Below, piece after piece: positions 1-14,000 of a DNA stretch of 64,000 nt (positions are counted from its first letter, which is position 1; every line of letters starts with the position of its first letter). A program made the translations under genes and the position numbers. The notes beneath the pieces were generated by a model. It saw only the letters and a program-made list of their open reading frames with translations, searched no databases and was not told the DNA's origin. Where the stretch lies: the NCBI GenBank assembly GCA_021613535.1, contig CP075496.1:7316001-7380000 (forward strand). The letters are read 5' to 3'. Source of the stretch: Adineta vaga (Eukaryota; Animalia; Rotifera).

Positions 1-1746
1 ATCGTATATGACTTACTAGAATCGAAATTAATTTCGTTAATTCATCTTTACTGTTAAAATGTTGTTTAATTCTAAAAATAAATTGAGTTAAATGTCATTA
101 AATCGTCTTAAAAAGAATTCTCACTTAGGTTCAACAGCTAAATTACTAAGTAATTTTGTAGCGTAGACTTGGTGTGATTTTTTATCCTGAATTATATTCA
201 ATAAATATTCAATAAATCTAAAAGAGATTTTATCAGGAGGAAAACTTTAATTGAATTCCTACTTATTTATATTGATTTTCCCCATTAAAATCAAACGTGA
301 ATTTGTTTTAAGAGATGTATCAACAAGATATTGTAATGCAGTTGATGAATACTTATATTTCAGTAGATAATTATTGAAATATTTACTTTCCAAACATTGC
401 TTTGTATTCTCATCTATAGATGAAAGAATTTCAGATTTTAAATCATCTCTCTGTTTTCTTTTCATACCATCGTCTTGAGAAAGAACAATCATAAGATTGA
501 AAATTGCTGCAGACAAATTTTCATGCGTATTTTCAGCTATAATCGAATGGGAATTGAATAAATCAAAACCGTGATCAACTCGAAATGCAGTTCGAGTTGT
601 TTCTAAATAAACAAAATGAACATCAAAATCTCTCTGTCTCTTTACTTGGCTTATTCTCACCATCTTTTATCAATTGACAGAGAAGATCAATTCCACCAAT
701 GTAAAAAATAATCGGTTGTTTATCTGTATTTAATTTTCTCAATGTATTTGTTAAATTCATTGCTTCTGATAGATTTTCATTTGAAAGAAATATTCGTGCT
801 GATTCTTCTCGTTGATATTTATCGCGTTGTCGTTGAACATCTTGGATACATTCTGAAAAGTAACAAGAGAATATCTCTTCAACCGTATCTTTTCACTCAC
901 GAGCCTTCTATCATTCGACGAGTATTGATGGATTCGAAATTGGTTATAGCAATCTGTTCTGCTTCAAGAAATTGTTCTTTAGCACGATCAAATTCTTTTA
1001 AATTGATCAAACATTTTCCTTTAATTACATATGCTTTGATATATGTAGGTGTGACCTAAACGAAATCTTCGAAAACGAATAATTATCTAGAAAAGATCGT
1101 ACTTTCAATGCCCAATCGCAATCATTCATTGCCTCTTCATATCGTTCTTGTTTAACATAGACTTGTGCTCGATTGGTATATAATATATCATAATCTTTTT
1201 TTGCTTTCAAACCCTTAAGTAACCACAACTGAATTCATGATCGAATTATTTTAATAATTCATACTTGTGTATAGTAGTCAATTGCTTGATCGTATGATTG
1301 TTGATGAAATGCATCATTTCCTTTAGTTTTGAATTCATCGGCTAAAATCTTATTTTTTCGACGATTTTCCGCACGTTCTTCTGCATCTTTTTCCAATGCA
1401 CTCATAAATGCAGCTAGGATCCAAAGTGAAACCTATTCAACAGTTTCTTCAACTTATAAAGATGTGTTACCTTGTGACAATTGTTCTTGTGGTATTGGTT
1501 GAGATGGAGATTTATTAATCACAGTACGATCGACACCTGTTTTTGATATTTGTTTAAGTAATACATCAGATTCTTCCATGGCTTTCGATACATCATTGGT
1601 ATCATTTGACGATAAATTTTGTACAAGTCGATCTAATCAACAAAGAAATTACATATGAAAAATCAATAGTGTACTCATTTTTATTTACGAATATCATCGA
1701 CTTGAGACAGAAATTTATTAAGATCTTCTTGTGATTCAGTCGCCAT
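1..1746 (-). CDS. TTC12: TPR-repeat protein, TTC12-like (multi-exon; 3' part runs off the window)
   Basis: ATG at 1746 (MATESQEDLNKFLSQVDD). Spliced exons give AFMSALEKDAEERAENRRK..ADEFKTKGNDAF and TPR helices LYTNRAQVYVKQERYEEAMNDCDWALK, followed by an ARM-like region (ORF 259-663). Confidence 0.75.
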
Positions 1747-1953
1747 GTGATGCAATGTAAATTTTAAATATATTTCAAATTGTTCTTACTCCATTACCAT
1801 CTCGTTTCCACGAACGACAATGCGTATATCATTGATTCACAATTTTCTGTCCGATGGTGGCGCTAGAATGCGAATTGGTCAGTTTGAAATGACAAGGCGG
1901 AAAGAAAAGGAACAAAGACGAATCGTTCGTTATTGTCATTAAGATCAACGAAA
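1747..1953. promoter_or_regulatory. Compact divergent (bidirectional) promoter region between TTC12 and NCAPH
   Basis: Head-to-head ATGs separated by 207 bp; contains an X-box-like GTTTCCACGAACGAC at 1804-1818. Confidence 0.55.
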
Positions 1954-4588
1954 ATGCCTGAACCAGCACCACGACGGTAACTGAATTTCATATTTGTAAT
2001 TTACTTTCCATCATAAATATTCATTTTAGTTCCTTAGCAGCACGACGACGTACAACAAAACTTGCTCATTTTGATGATGTTGATGATGATATTGATGAAA
2101 AAGAAAATTCACTCAATAGTAGTCTTACAGGACGACGTTCACGTGTTTTGAATAGTTCATTGAATGCTATAGATGATCAACCAACTCAAACACCAAGACA
2201 ATTGGTTGATTTGTATCAGAAGACTGTTGAATTAGCAACTCAAGGAAAAATAAATATTAAAAATGCATTTAGTATACCATTAGTAGAACGTTTACCACAA
2301 ATTTTAAATGTTATTGCATTAGATGATAAAGAAAATCATAATTTAGGACCGAATTTTGTTAAAGCTGGTTCAGTTATTGATACAAGGTGAGAATTGATCG
2401 ATAGAATTTCAGAAAGATAATCGCTTTATTCTTAAACAAATGTTTTCAATTCGTTTTAGTGCTAAAATTTATGGCTATCGTGTTGATGCTCTGCATACAG
2501 AAACTCAAAAATTAAGTGGAAACATTTTAAATACTGAAGAAGATAGTTCAAACGATGGTACGATTAAAGAAAATGGCCAAATGAATGGCGAAAATGAGAA
2601 TATTGATTCCGATCAAGTTGAGTCAAAAAAACCAGTACGTCGTGTAAAAGCCAAAGCAACAACGTTTATTTTAACTGATTTAACCAAAATAACACTTGAA
2701 CATGAATTTCAATTTCGTCCTTTGCAACCACCACATATGTGTCAATGGCGTGGTGGTATTGGTGCTGATTCTATCTATGCTGAAATGGTTTCGAGTACGA
2801 TGTATTCATCTAGTGATTTTCCATTGATTGATGGTTTTACTAACATTAATAGTCGAGTTGAAGAACAACAAACTAAAGTCGATTCGATTCTTGATCAAAC
2901 CATTATAGAAATGATTGATTTAACATCATTACGTAATGTTATTCGAAATAATGAAGGACATGATCATATTCTTGGTAAAAACAAAAGATTTCTCTAGATG
3001 AAATCAATATTAGTCTTCTTTTCTAGGAAATCAAACTTTACGTGATTTTGTTTTCAATGAAATGCCAAGTGGATCATTTATAAATACAATTCATGAAAGT
3101 TGTCTTGGTCAACAACTTGATGATAGTGTCAATCGATCTTGTATCAATAATGATGATGTCGATAATGACGACGGATATAATCATGAAGAATTAATGCATG
3201 CAGCTATTGAAGATCTTAATGATGATCTATCACAAGCGAATGAAGGTTTTAAAAATGCATTGACTCAATTGAGTAATCCAGATCCATCAAGTATTCATTC
3301 AAATTTCCAATCACAACAATCAACAAATGTAAGAAAATATTTCCTTGAATTGAAGATGAATACTAGTTCAATTTTCAGAAATAAGAATAGATATAAATAA
3401 ATGAGTGAACCGTTCGTTTTATTTTCTTTAGTCAAATTTACCATCAACAAATGGTTTATTATCATCATCATTCATGAGTGCAATTTCATTTGCTGATCAA
3501 ATGCCTAATTTATTAAATTCAAAAGATGGTCAATCTGAATATTCGTATTTTGATGCAGCAAAACTAAAATTATTTGCAGGACCTAATATATGGAAATTTA
3601 CTAATCTATTGAATACATCTACACCAACTACAAACACATCAACTGTTCAACAACAACAAGCACCTGCAACACCACATAAAATAGCAAGTCTAGCACGAGA
3701 AGGTGTCGGTCCGAAACGAAATATTCGTATAGAATTGTCCAATAATGGTTCTGTCGAACAGATTATGCTTGGTAATAATAATAATTATGGTCGCGATAAG
3801 AAAACAGTTGGTACAAGTCAAAGTTCATTAATATTGCGTATACGTGAAAAAAGTTTCAATCAAATGCAATTAGCAAGAAAAATACGACCATTAAGTGATT
3901 TAACAAATTCACATCATTTTCCTGATTTAAATTTTGAACATTTGGATTTAATCAATCGTCGACGAGAAAGACAACAACAACAACAACATATTGGTCAATA
4001 TGATGATCTTAATGACCATGATTTCCATGAAGTTGATCATCATCTTGATGATGATAGTAAGTTATTTTCAAATGATAATCTACATCGATGTAATGAACAA
4101 TTTTTGTTTTGCTTTTAGCTGGTATATTATCATCAGCTAATTATGATTTTGCTCGACCAATTCATTATGAAAAAATTGAGTTTGCTAAAGGCTCTTCGTC
4201 TGTCAATGCTAAGAATCTTAAACGTCAAATCATTGAAGAATTTACTCGCCAGAAAACAGATAAACAACGCAGTTTATCACTTGATTCAAGTACAATGAGT
4301 CAACAATCATCGATTTCATCGTTACAATCTCAACAACAAGAACCAGCTGTCGAATTTTCAATTCTATGTGAAAATCTTGCTGATCATGGTCATTTGTCAT
4401 TAGAAACAGATGTTGCATCCGCATTCTATTGCATGTTAATTAATTGTAATGAAAATAAATTATTCTTGAAAAACACTTCTCGCCGTGATGATTTTGTTAT
4501 TCAAGATCATCCATTTATGGATCAACGTAATCTTTCAACATTATCCTATTCCTATGTTAGTCATTCAAATTTATCAATGACTCATTAA
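1954..4588 (+). CDS. NCAPH: Condensin I kleisin subunit (barren/CAP-H), multi-exon
   Basis: N-terminal kleisin motif LATQGKINIKNAF...NFVKAGSVIDT-SAKIYGYRVDALH; central EYSYFD..FAGPNIWKF; C-terminal KIEFAK..NLKRQI...AFYCMLINCNENKLFL. GT-AG introns link the ORFs. Confidence 0.9.
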
Positions 4589-4687
4589 TATTGTTTTGTT
4601 TTGTTCATATGTATAGTCCGTAGTTATTTTTTTTTATGTGTAAAAATGAAAGAATCAAATGACATGTTTCTGTGTACACGAAATCAA

Positions 4688-7600
4688 TTAAAAATGATGT
4701 ATTTGTTGAAAAATTATTGAAATAATAAAGAAAATGAAAATGCTTGAAGAAGGAACGAGTTTGAATGCATAGTTATACATTGTATTGATCGTCTGTCCTT
4801 GAGATAATAGGGGACGACCGATGAGATATACAGCAAAATTTGGTGCATAAACATTAAATGATTGAACCATTGAATTAACGGATTGATCACCACAGCATGT
4901 TATCATAAAATCTGGAAAAAAATCAATAAAATTTGTAGAGAGAAAACAAACGAGTGATACTTACTTTGATATGACATACTTGGAGTATTTCCTAAAAAAA
5001 AGAAAACAAAGAAATAATGTACAATCAACATTATTTTCAACTGAATACTCTACACTACTAGTAACTGTAGGATATTATTTCTACTGCTATGAAATGAATC
5101 ATTGTTCATACCTGCTGCTTGAGGACCATCTAATGGTTGAACTGTAATACGTTCACCAGTCATTGCGATACATGATTGTAGGCCATTGCCAGATGTTGGT
5201 CTACCAAGATAACTACCTGAACCTGGATAAACGTTTTGTGGTCCAACATTTGATCCTGGCATCATTTGTGGATTAAAAGGTGAATTCATTGTACGATTCC
5301 AAGAATAATCCATGCCTGGTTGATTTTGCATTCCCATATTATTGAAATTGTTATTTTGATTATTGAAATAGCTTCCATTATAACCAGGAAAGTATTGAGA
5401 ATTTGGTGCGGCATTACCATTCATGACATAACCTGGGTTATACAATTGATTATTAGAACCAAATTGTGTTGGAGCAGCTGGATAACCTCCATAGGCTTGT
5501 TGTTGTGGTTGAAAATAACCTGCACCAAGATCTTGCGATTGAAAACCTTGTCTATTCATCACATTCGATCTGTTACGTTGCGTATTCATCCAATCTTGTC
5601 GTTTTTGACGTGGACGTTTTTGTAAAAATTTTTGAGGATTATTATAGTAACCAGCTGAACGACGTAAAACATTATTCATTGGATCAAGAAGAACATCAGC
5701 ACATATATGACGAAGAACAAACTAATCAAAACAAAGAAGGAAAAAGGTGATAGTGTTCATAGAATCTGTCAAGAATTATGTACTTGTCTTAAACGATTTC
5801 CATCATTCGTTATACCCATAGATTGTAATGCGGCATTGGTCGGAATAAATAAAGTATAAGGACGACCAGCTTGTTTCAATTGTTCAATAACACGTGTTTG
5901 TTGAAGTAATTGCGCAAATGTACTAAATAGAATAAGAGTTGAAAATAACTATCGCTTTTAATGATTACTTGGCTCCTTGTACGGATCGAGAACTCCTTCA
6001 ATTGGAATTACCATTCCAGATAAAATACCTAGAATAAGAGTATAAAATCATCAAGAATATGCTTTGACATTGATTTTACCTCGAATAACATGCATAACTC
6101 CATTTCTAATTGGCATATTTGATTCACCATTGAGAATGGTTGCTGTAAACTGTAAAGAATTCGTTGTACGACCGACGAGTGTCACAACTTAAAGCAAATA
6201 TTTTTAGTTACCATATATTAATGACATATATCTTACTCGGTCCTCGTGTACCAGTCGAAATTTGTGCTTGAATGGTGAATTGAGGATCCATTGTTGGATA
6301 AGTTAGACCATTTTGAAAAGTTGTTAAGGTTGGATAAGGAGACATTTGATAATAATTCGGACTAAATTGTTGCTGTTGTTGTTGATTTGGTAGTATCTGT
6401 TGTGGAAGTAGTTGTTGTTGCTGCGGTAGTTGTTGATTTGGTAACATCTGTTGTGGAAGTAATTGTTGTTGCTGTTGATTGGGTAGTATTTGTTGATTAA
6501 GTAACTGTTGTTGTTGGTTTGGTATCATCTGCTGTGGAAGTAATTGTTGTTGCTGTTGGTTAGGTAATATTTGTTGATTAAGCAACTGCTGTTTTTGTTG
6601 TTGTTGTTGATTTGGTATTATCTGCTGTGGAAGTATTTGCTGTTGTTGTCGGTTAGGTACTATTTGTTGATTAAGCAACTGTTGCTTTTGTTGTTGATTT
6701 GGTAATTGTTGTTGAGGAAACTGTTGCGGTTGATAATTTGTATTAGATGCTATATTCATTTGTCGACGACGACGTCGTGGTAATTTTTTATCGAATCCTG
6801 AAGCAGCTCGTTGAAACTGTGGCATTTGAGCTTGTTGTTGTTGATTGAAACCAGACTGAAGATACGATTGCTGTTGCTCTTGTTGTCCAGGTTGAAATAC
6901 ATTTTGTTTCGTAAAATAACTTGATTTCATTGAAGACGACGACATTTGTTGATCCGTGTATATTGGAAATGGTATAATATGTCGGCGTAAATTCTAAAAT
7001 AGTTTTGAAGAGTTCAATTATAGAACACTATTCTCAAATAATTGTTTCTTCTACTTACCAAACTAAGCTCTTGTAAATTTCCCAATTGTTGTATCGACAT
7101 TTGTTGTGGAATAAGTACCGTAATATTCATTGATAATGATCCTTGTAATATATTTATTAGTTCTAAATCTCCTGATTGTTGCACAAGATTCATGAAATAT
7201 CTAGAAATCATTATTAAACATATGATGTGGATGTCTTCAGTGATCGTCTCACTTACTGATAATTTCGTGAAAGTTCATCGGCAGCTGATCGAGTTTGAGT
7301 AGTAAGAATTGTAGAAATTGGATAGACAATACCATTACCATAGATTTGAATTTCTTCTGGACGTGAAGTTAAGATACGTGCAACATGTCGACCAGAAACA
7401 ACATCAACTAAGAAGAAGATTTTCATTGACGAAAATTGTAAACTAGCACGCAGAGAAAAAGACGATAATGAATATTACCTTGAAATGTTTGATCTGGTTG
7501 TGTTACTTTGCGGAAAGTAATCCACCGATTACCATCCAATGTTGTCACTTGTTTTGTGGAATCCATTGCTGCTGGAAATAAAACCAAAGGTATGACATGT

Positions 7601-9488
7601 GCTCTGATAAACTAAATCATATTGTGTGAGAAAGAATAAGAAATAAGTCTGTTTTGTTTTACTTCATTAATATCGTTTGTACTATTCATTGAAGACTGAT
7701 CGAGAAGAAAACTTAAACTTGAACCCATACTAGCAAATGCTTGATCGTTTGGTAAGAACCATGTTTGATGATTTATTGAACGTAATTCCGAACGAAAATA
7801 TTCACTACGTTCAGCTAATTGTCGAAGACGACTATAATATTTAACTACAATATGAATATGAAAATTTTCAGAGAAAAATCTTACGAAAATTGTCCATCTT
7901 CAAGTGCATGATAAGCTGTTCTATATGGTGCTTGATCACGTCTTTCAGGTGGCCATAGAATATTATCAATAACATTGATCACACCACGACTCATCAAGCG
8001 TGATTGTAATACAAACGCATTGTTTATAGTTGGACGCTAGAAATAAAAATCATTCATTGTGATTTCTAACTCTTATCAAGATGATGTGACGTAATTCGAT
8101 TGTAATATAAGAAACAGAACGTCATCAAGAAATTGTAAACATTTCACGAACTGTCAAAGTACAAAAGAGAAAATAAATAATTTTTTTCAGAATAGTATTA
8201 ATTCTTCTTGAGTATAGTAGCATGTAGACATATATAGACGAACATAATTTATAGGTTCATATGGTTCTAAGTGAGAAAGAGAACAGCACCCACTGCGAAA
8301 ATATATATCATTTCGACATTCGTTAGCGGGTCATAACGACATTCAGAGTGATTCAGAACAATGAAGTCCATCGAATCATGTACACTAACGAAAAATATTA
8401 AATACTCCATATTCTTTTGTTATATGATGTATTGATCAAAATTATAGAAAGGATATAGTAAGATGGAAACTAGTTTTTGAGAGCATCGTATATCTTTACC
8501 AACTTTATTTATATACTTACTAATATTCCAATGCCATTGTTGGGTTCTATTTGCCCATAACTTTGTTGTTGCGGTAGTTGTTGTTGTTGAAAATTTGAAT
8601 TAAAATTGATATTCGGTATATTTGGATTTTGTCGATGTTGCGTATTAACATTTGCATTTCCCGAAACTGGACTTCCTACATACGAGAAAGAAAACCAAAT
8701 GCATCTTAAAAACAATCAATTATTTACCTTGTGCGGCAAGATAATTGTGATTTCGATTAAAATTATCCACTAAACACAAAATGAAATTTTGCACTCCTAT
8801 GTTTCTCCATATTACATACCAATATATGGATTCATAGGTGCAGCATTTCCAATTTGATTCGTTTGATTAAGCGATGTATGTGTTAACCAAGAAATTCCAC
8901 CTGTTCCATATCCTGCATTATCAAAACTTTCATTGACATGTGGTCCTGTTCCACCATAAAATCCAAGTCCATAGAAAACCTGAAAATTCATATAAATTCA
9001 TCTTTTCTTTTTTCTCTTTCGTTGTTTTTTCAATCTACTTGAAAAGGTGGAAGGATAGTTGGTAGATTATTTTGTACACGAATACCCATCATTTGTCTTG
9101 GATTAGCTTGACTGTATTTTTCTTGTGCCATATTGAATAACATTTGTTCATCATATCGTCCAGGAACAATATGATATTTCCAAAGTAAATTTGGATCTTC
9201 ATTTTTACGATTTAGATGTATCATTGCATCATTATTTGGTGCAAATATAGTAAAATCAATCATACCATCTGTTTGTTGAGGAAACATTCCTTGTAATATC
9301 ATTTGAATATCTTGTTGACGAATTAATTGTTGATAAAACTAAATTTTTCGATCGTTAAAAAGAAGAAAGATCAATTTTAATCAACAACTTACTAATGATA
9401 AATCAGGCATGTTTGCTAGATCTTCAAGTGGACCAGCAAAACAATGAACACTGATTATTAATAGGATATAACAACAAACGAGATTCAT
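4688..9488 (-). CDS. Secreted, probably GPI-anchored, fasciclin (about 4 FAS1 domains) protein with Q/N-rich inserts
   Basis: Signal peptide MNLVCCYILLIISVHCFA. FAS1 H1 motifs FTIFAPNNDAM, TWFLPNDQAF, ITVLIP, YTLFIPTNAAL; H2 motifs GVINVIDNIL and NGVMHVIRGIL. Hydrophobic C-terminus SSSIFIFFIISIIFQQIHHF. Confidence 0.8.
6370..6730 (-). repeat. Coding imperfect tandem repeat (Q)QILPNQQQQQLLP inside the FAS1 gene
   Basis: About 8 degenerate copies of [LL][PN]QQ[IM][LIV]PNQQQQ are visible in ORF 6208-6945. Confidence 0.85.
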
Positions 9489-11084
9489 AGTTCTATTCTA
9501 AAAATGAAGTTAAGAAGTAAAGAGTATTAATTCTCTATCGAGAAGTGGGGAGAGAGAGAGAGAGCGAGAAGGTAAACGAAGAGAAAGGTGAGTATTGAAT
9601 ACGTATAGTTGACCGTATGAGGAGCGATATGACCATTTGACCATGATTAGTCGGTGCAGTTCATCGATAAAATTTTTTCCTATTCTTCTTTTTTTCAAAG
9701 TTCAACTCGAACAATATAGTTGATGGTCGCAAATCGTTGTTGTTGTTGTATGAATATGAATGCAATAAAAGGTGTTATTTTGTCAATAATTACATGCATA
9801 ATAGACAGTACTTTTGTTCGATTTGAAAGAGAAGAATAATGAAAAAAAAGAGAAAAAGATCAATAATTGAATCATGTCTTATCGGGATTGTCATCAAGTG
9901 TCTGAATCAGAAATATATATCAAATACATTCTTATCTATTCCTCCATTTTTTTGCTAATACAACAGTGCATAACTGTCATCAAAATCATCGATCATCTAT
10001 CAGGACATATTTCTCGAACTTTCCGCAAGGTAGTTTGGTACAAGAAAATCATGATATTTTTCATTAAAAAAGAAGGCAGTTTAAAATGATATGTATGATT
10101 GTCAAACTTCACAAATCAATCATTCACAAAAATCTTTCATCACACGTGATTAAAAAGATGAGCCATCTCTATTTTGTCGGTTATCTTCTCCATCAGTCTA
10201 TTAATTGATACGTATGTGACTGTTTTCGTCGATGAACAAATTGATAAAAATTCAAACAACCTATACACAACCATTGATCTAACAGTCATAATTCATTCTG
10301 AAGTATTACAGATTAGTTTTTGTTCCAAAACACATGATCTTTATGTATAATATCTTGATATTCTGTTATATTTACGTCGAACCAGAACCATAGATATGAT
10401 TTCGAGTACACAGAATAGCAAGGATAGATTTTACATACTTAAGACGATTGCTCTATCAATGATATTTGATCATTAAATAGACGATCGTTGGTTCGAAATA
10501 TGACAGGATTCTATCTCTATCATTATTTTTAAATCTATGTACATGTTTCATATGGTTCTTTTTTTCTTCATTCTATGTCATCTGGCATAGAACAGTTCTT
10601 GTTTCAACAGAAGAGAAATATCAAAAAGTACATAGCTAGACGAAAAGGTCTCTGTTACTTTTTTTTTGTAAAACTAAATGGATTCTTTCTGAGAACAATT
10701 GACAAGTAGAAGAAATATGTTTGATTTATGAGCAGTAGTATATTTCAACATTACTTGTTGTTGCAGAAAGATAAGTATTTCATTTCCATTCCTAAAGCCG
10801 TCTTTCTATTCAATTCAATTTAATTCAATAATTTTGCAAAAAAAAAATAAATCAGAGACAAGAACCGTAATAAATATAATACAATAAAGAAAAGAATCGG
10901 ATTAAATTGAGACTCATTCACAGACAAACCACTCCACAGAAAAGAGAAACATTCTGTTTTAAAATGCACGAAACACTCAAATATGAAATAAGTTAATTAA
11001 AAGAATTGCCTCTTAAAATGTGAACGAAAGACTAATGCATTAATAGCTTAGTACTAGTGATACAGTTTCTTTTCTCTCGTTTAA

Positions 11085-14000
11085 TTAAGCTGTTTGTATA
11101 TAATTTGCAGGAACATAACCACGTTGTGTGATATCATTTAGTTTCTCCGCATACCACCAATCTTCATTTCCACCATCATCGAGACGACGTAAAATTTTCA
11201 ATCGTTCACCAACATGTAAAGAAAGAACACCATCACTTGTACATTCAAAATCATACATAGCTACATATATCTAAATGATTTTCGAAGGAAATCTAAATAA
11301 AATCTTAATTAATATATATTTTCATACTCGTTCATCTTCATTCGATTCAGATATGGTGGAATCATCAAGATCAATTGAAGCATATTGATGAGATTCATTT
11401 ATTTGATTTAAATAAATTCGTTCACTATCACAATCACGCGAAGAATTTATTAAACATGATTGTGGTTCTGTATTTGCTCGAGTTAATAAGTGTTTTTGAT
11501 TTTCAGTACGTGATAGATCATAATTAAATGCCAGATTTGTATGAGCTACTGGTAGAGATGCTCGTGTTGGTATCATATCATGGCGGAGAGGCGTTGGTGG
11601 TGTATGAGACAGAAAACCTGATCGATCACCAGATGACAAAGGGATAAGAATAGAACGAGGTAATAAACCGCGAGTGACTAGAAGAAAAAGATATATTATT
11701 GAAAGAAGACGACGACGTTTTTCATACCTCCATTATCCACAAGCCAATGTATATCAATAGAATCTTTTGGATTTGTTTCATTTTGATTAATCACAGCGAC
11801 AAGATCGCCCTATTTTTAATAACAAAAGTTTTATTAAATAAGTTTTTTCTTAGTAACAATTTTCGATACGCCTTAAACAATGACTAATTAATCCTACTTA
11901 CACTTCGAACATTAATCTCCATTGATCGATTACTTGTTGTATTTGTATAATTTCGTATAACTGTAAATAGATCCTTTTCTGTATAATGATTTCTTAATAA
12001 ACGTCGAATTTCATCTGTTTGCATGGATTTATCCTAATTAATGGTACAATTATTCGAATGATCAAAACAAAAACGAAACATTCAACAATACAAACCTTAT
12101 CACTACTGTAAACATTACTCATCAAAGAAGCTATTCGAGCAGCTGATAGATGTTTTAATTTCTCAGAAAAATTCTTTGCTGTAATTGTCAATTGAAATAA
12201 TTGTTCAGCAGTTAAACTATTTTTCGAAGTAAATCTTTCTACAATTTGTAACCAACTTAATTGTCCGGAATTAGTCGATGATGTTGTCTATAAAAATAAA
12301 CAAGAGAATTCAATCAGAATATATATTTCATTATATTAATCGTTTCTTTACTAGATTAAGTGCATATTGAATATTTGTTCTCATATGTTGCATCAAACGA
12401 AGATGTCCAACAATAAATGCTTTTAAACAAATCGATAGAATTTCACAACTTTGTTCATATAGAACAGGTAATTCTTCGAGTAATTGACTATTTAGTGCTT
12501 CATATGTTTTTTTAGCTAGTTCGAGAACTTGTTTTGCCTAAATGAAGGAAAAAAAAATGAGATTTGAAGATGAGAAAAAAAACGATTTATTCAATTTACT
12601 TGTCGTGATTGTTGATCTTTAACTTTATCATACGCTGATTGAGCACTATCATAATCTAATAATTTATCATGTCGTTTCGATATTAAATTTGATGGTAAAA
12701 CAAATAGTTTAATTAATGTATTTACTGGATTTGCTACACATGATTCCATATGTGTACACTAGATAAGAAAAATAAGAGAAATAAACAGAATAAGAGAAAA
12801 AGGAATATTATTTACAAATTCAGTGAATGCATTTTCAAGTAATGAACGTTTTGATTGAGTAAATTGTTGAGCTAAATCCGGCATTTTATCCGATAATAGC
12901 TCTTGAAAATCTTCCGCAACGCTCACTTGAGTAACGAAAGTTTCCTAGAAGAAAATAACTGATTTTAATATCTATATCATTCGAATAAAGATCAAGAACA
13001 AAATGATTCACTTGCAGACAAAATCTATATTTTTTTTTAAATAAAGTTCAATGACAGTAGACAAAAAAACTACTATGATCTCATTTTTTTTCAAGTCAAA
13101 TTTCAGTTTATTTAATTCGCATCTTTCAAAAAGAAAAGACTCAAAAGTATAATAGATCAACTTTTTTTTGAAAAATCTTACCTTTAATGCTTCCATGCAA
13201 TTATAGGCATTGCGAACAAATAATCTTAAAAATTTATCAATTGATCGAAATCGTTGTTCTTCAAAATTGAATCGTTCATCAATTGTATGTGCTGATAAAC
13301 CAAATGCACTGGATAAACGCATACTAATACGTGCAGATTTCTTTCTCATGGTATGCATATTCAATTTATATAATTTATTTGTTAAAGCTTCATCTTTTTC
13401 TCGTCGTTGATATTTTGAAACTAAATGAGAAGAACGACATGTTCGTTGTGGATATTCTCGTCTGATTAAATTCGCTGCTGATAATCTCGGTAATGATGGC
13501 ATCGATGTCGCACGTCGAAATGTACTGATATGATATGGTTCCATATTATCTTCAGTGACATTGGTATTACGTGTACTCTTTACAAGTATATACCGTCTAC
13601 ATTTTGTCAAGGCCATTCGAAATGTATGTGAAGGGAGAACAATGTATATAAATGTGAGCGGATGAAATTGAAGATTCGTACGTTTTTTGCTCGAATGTAT
13701 GTATGTAAGTGATTATGCAAAAAATGTTTGTAGATCTCTTTTTCTCGTCGATGTTATTCTCGTATCTATATTCATTCTTTCGTTTTACCTTGATTCTTCT
13801 TCCTCTTTTTTTTCTTCTTGTTATTCACAAGGACATTGAAATGTCCAATGTCAATACAAAAATGAACACGTACCTATTTCTTTTCGTCGCTTATATTCAT
13901 TGATAAAATTAGCCATCGATATTAAATTCGATATCGCTTCTTTTAAATGTATATAATCCATATGATCACTATTTGTACTCTATGTAAAAAAACAAAAGAG

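Noticed and set aside
742-1059. Antisense ORFs overlapping real exons (also 5320-5750, 17298-18084, 41580-41888)
   Set aside because: Shadow frames of coding exons on the opposite strand with no independent support.
5923-6028. Apparent frameshift in the FAS1 gene (the gtaatc donor at 5968 gives the wrong phase)
   Set aside because: An alternative donor (CC|gtacaa at 5982) gives a typical 60-bp intron and restores the frame, so pseudogene status is not supported. A 1-bp assembly indel remains possible.
6370-6730. Periodic repeats resembling a CRISPR or satellite array
   Set aside because: They are degenerate in-frame Gln-rich coding repeats with no constant repeat/unique spacer structure.
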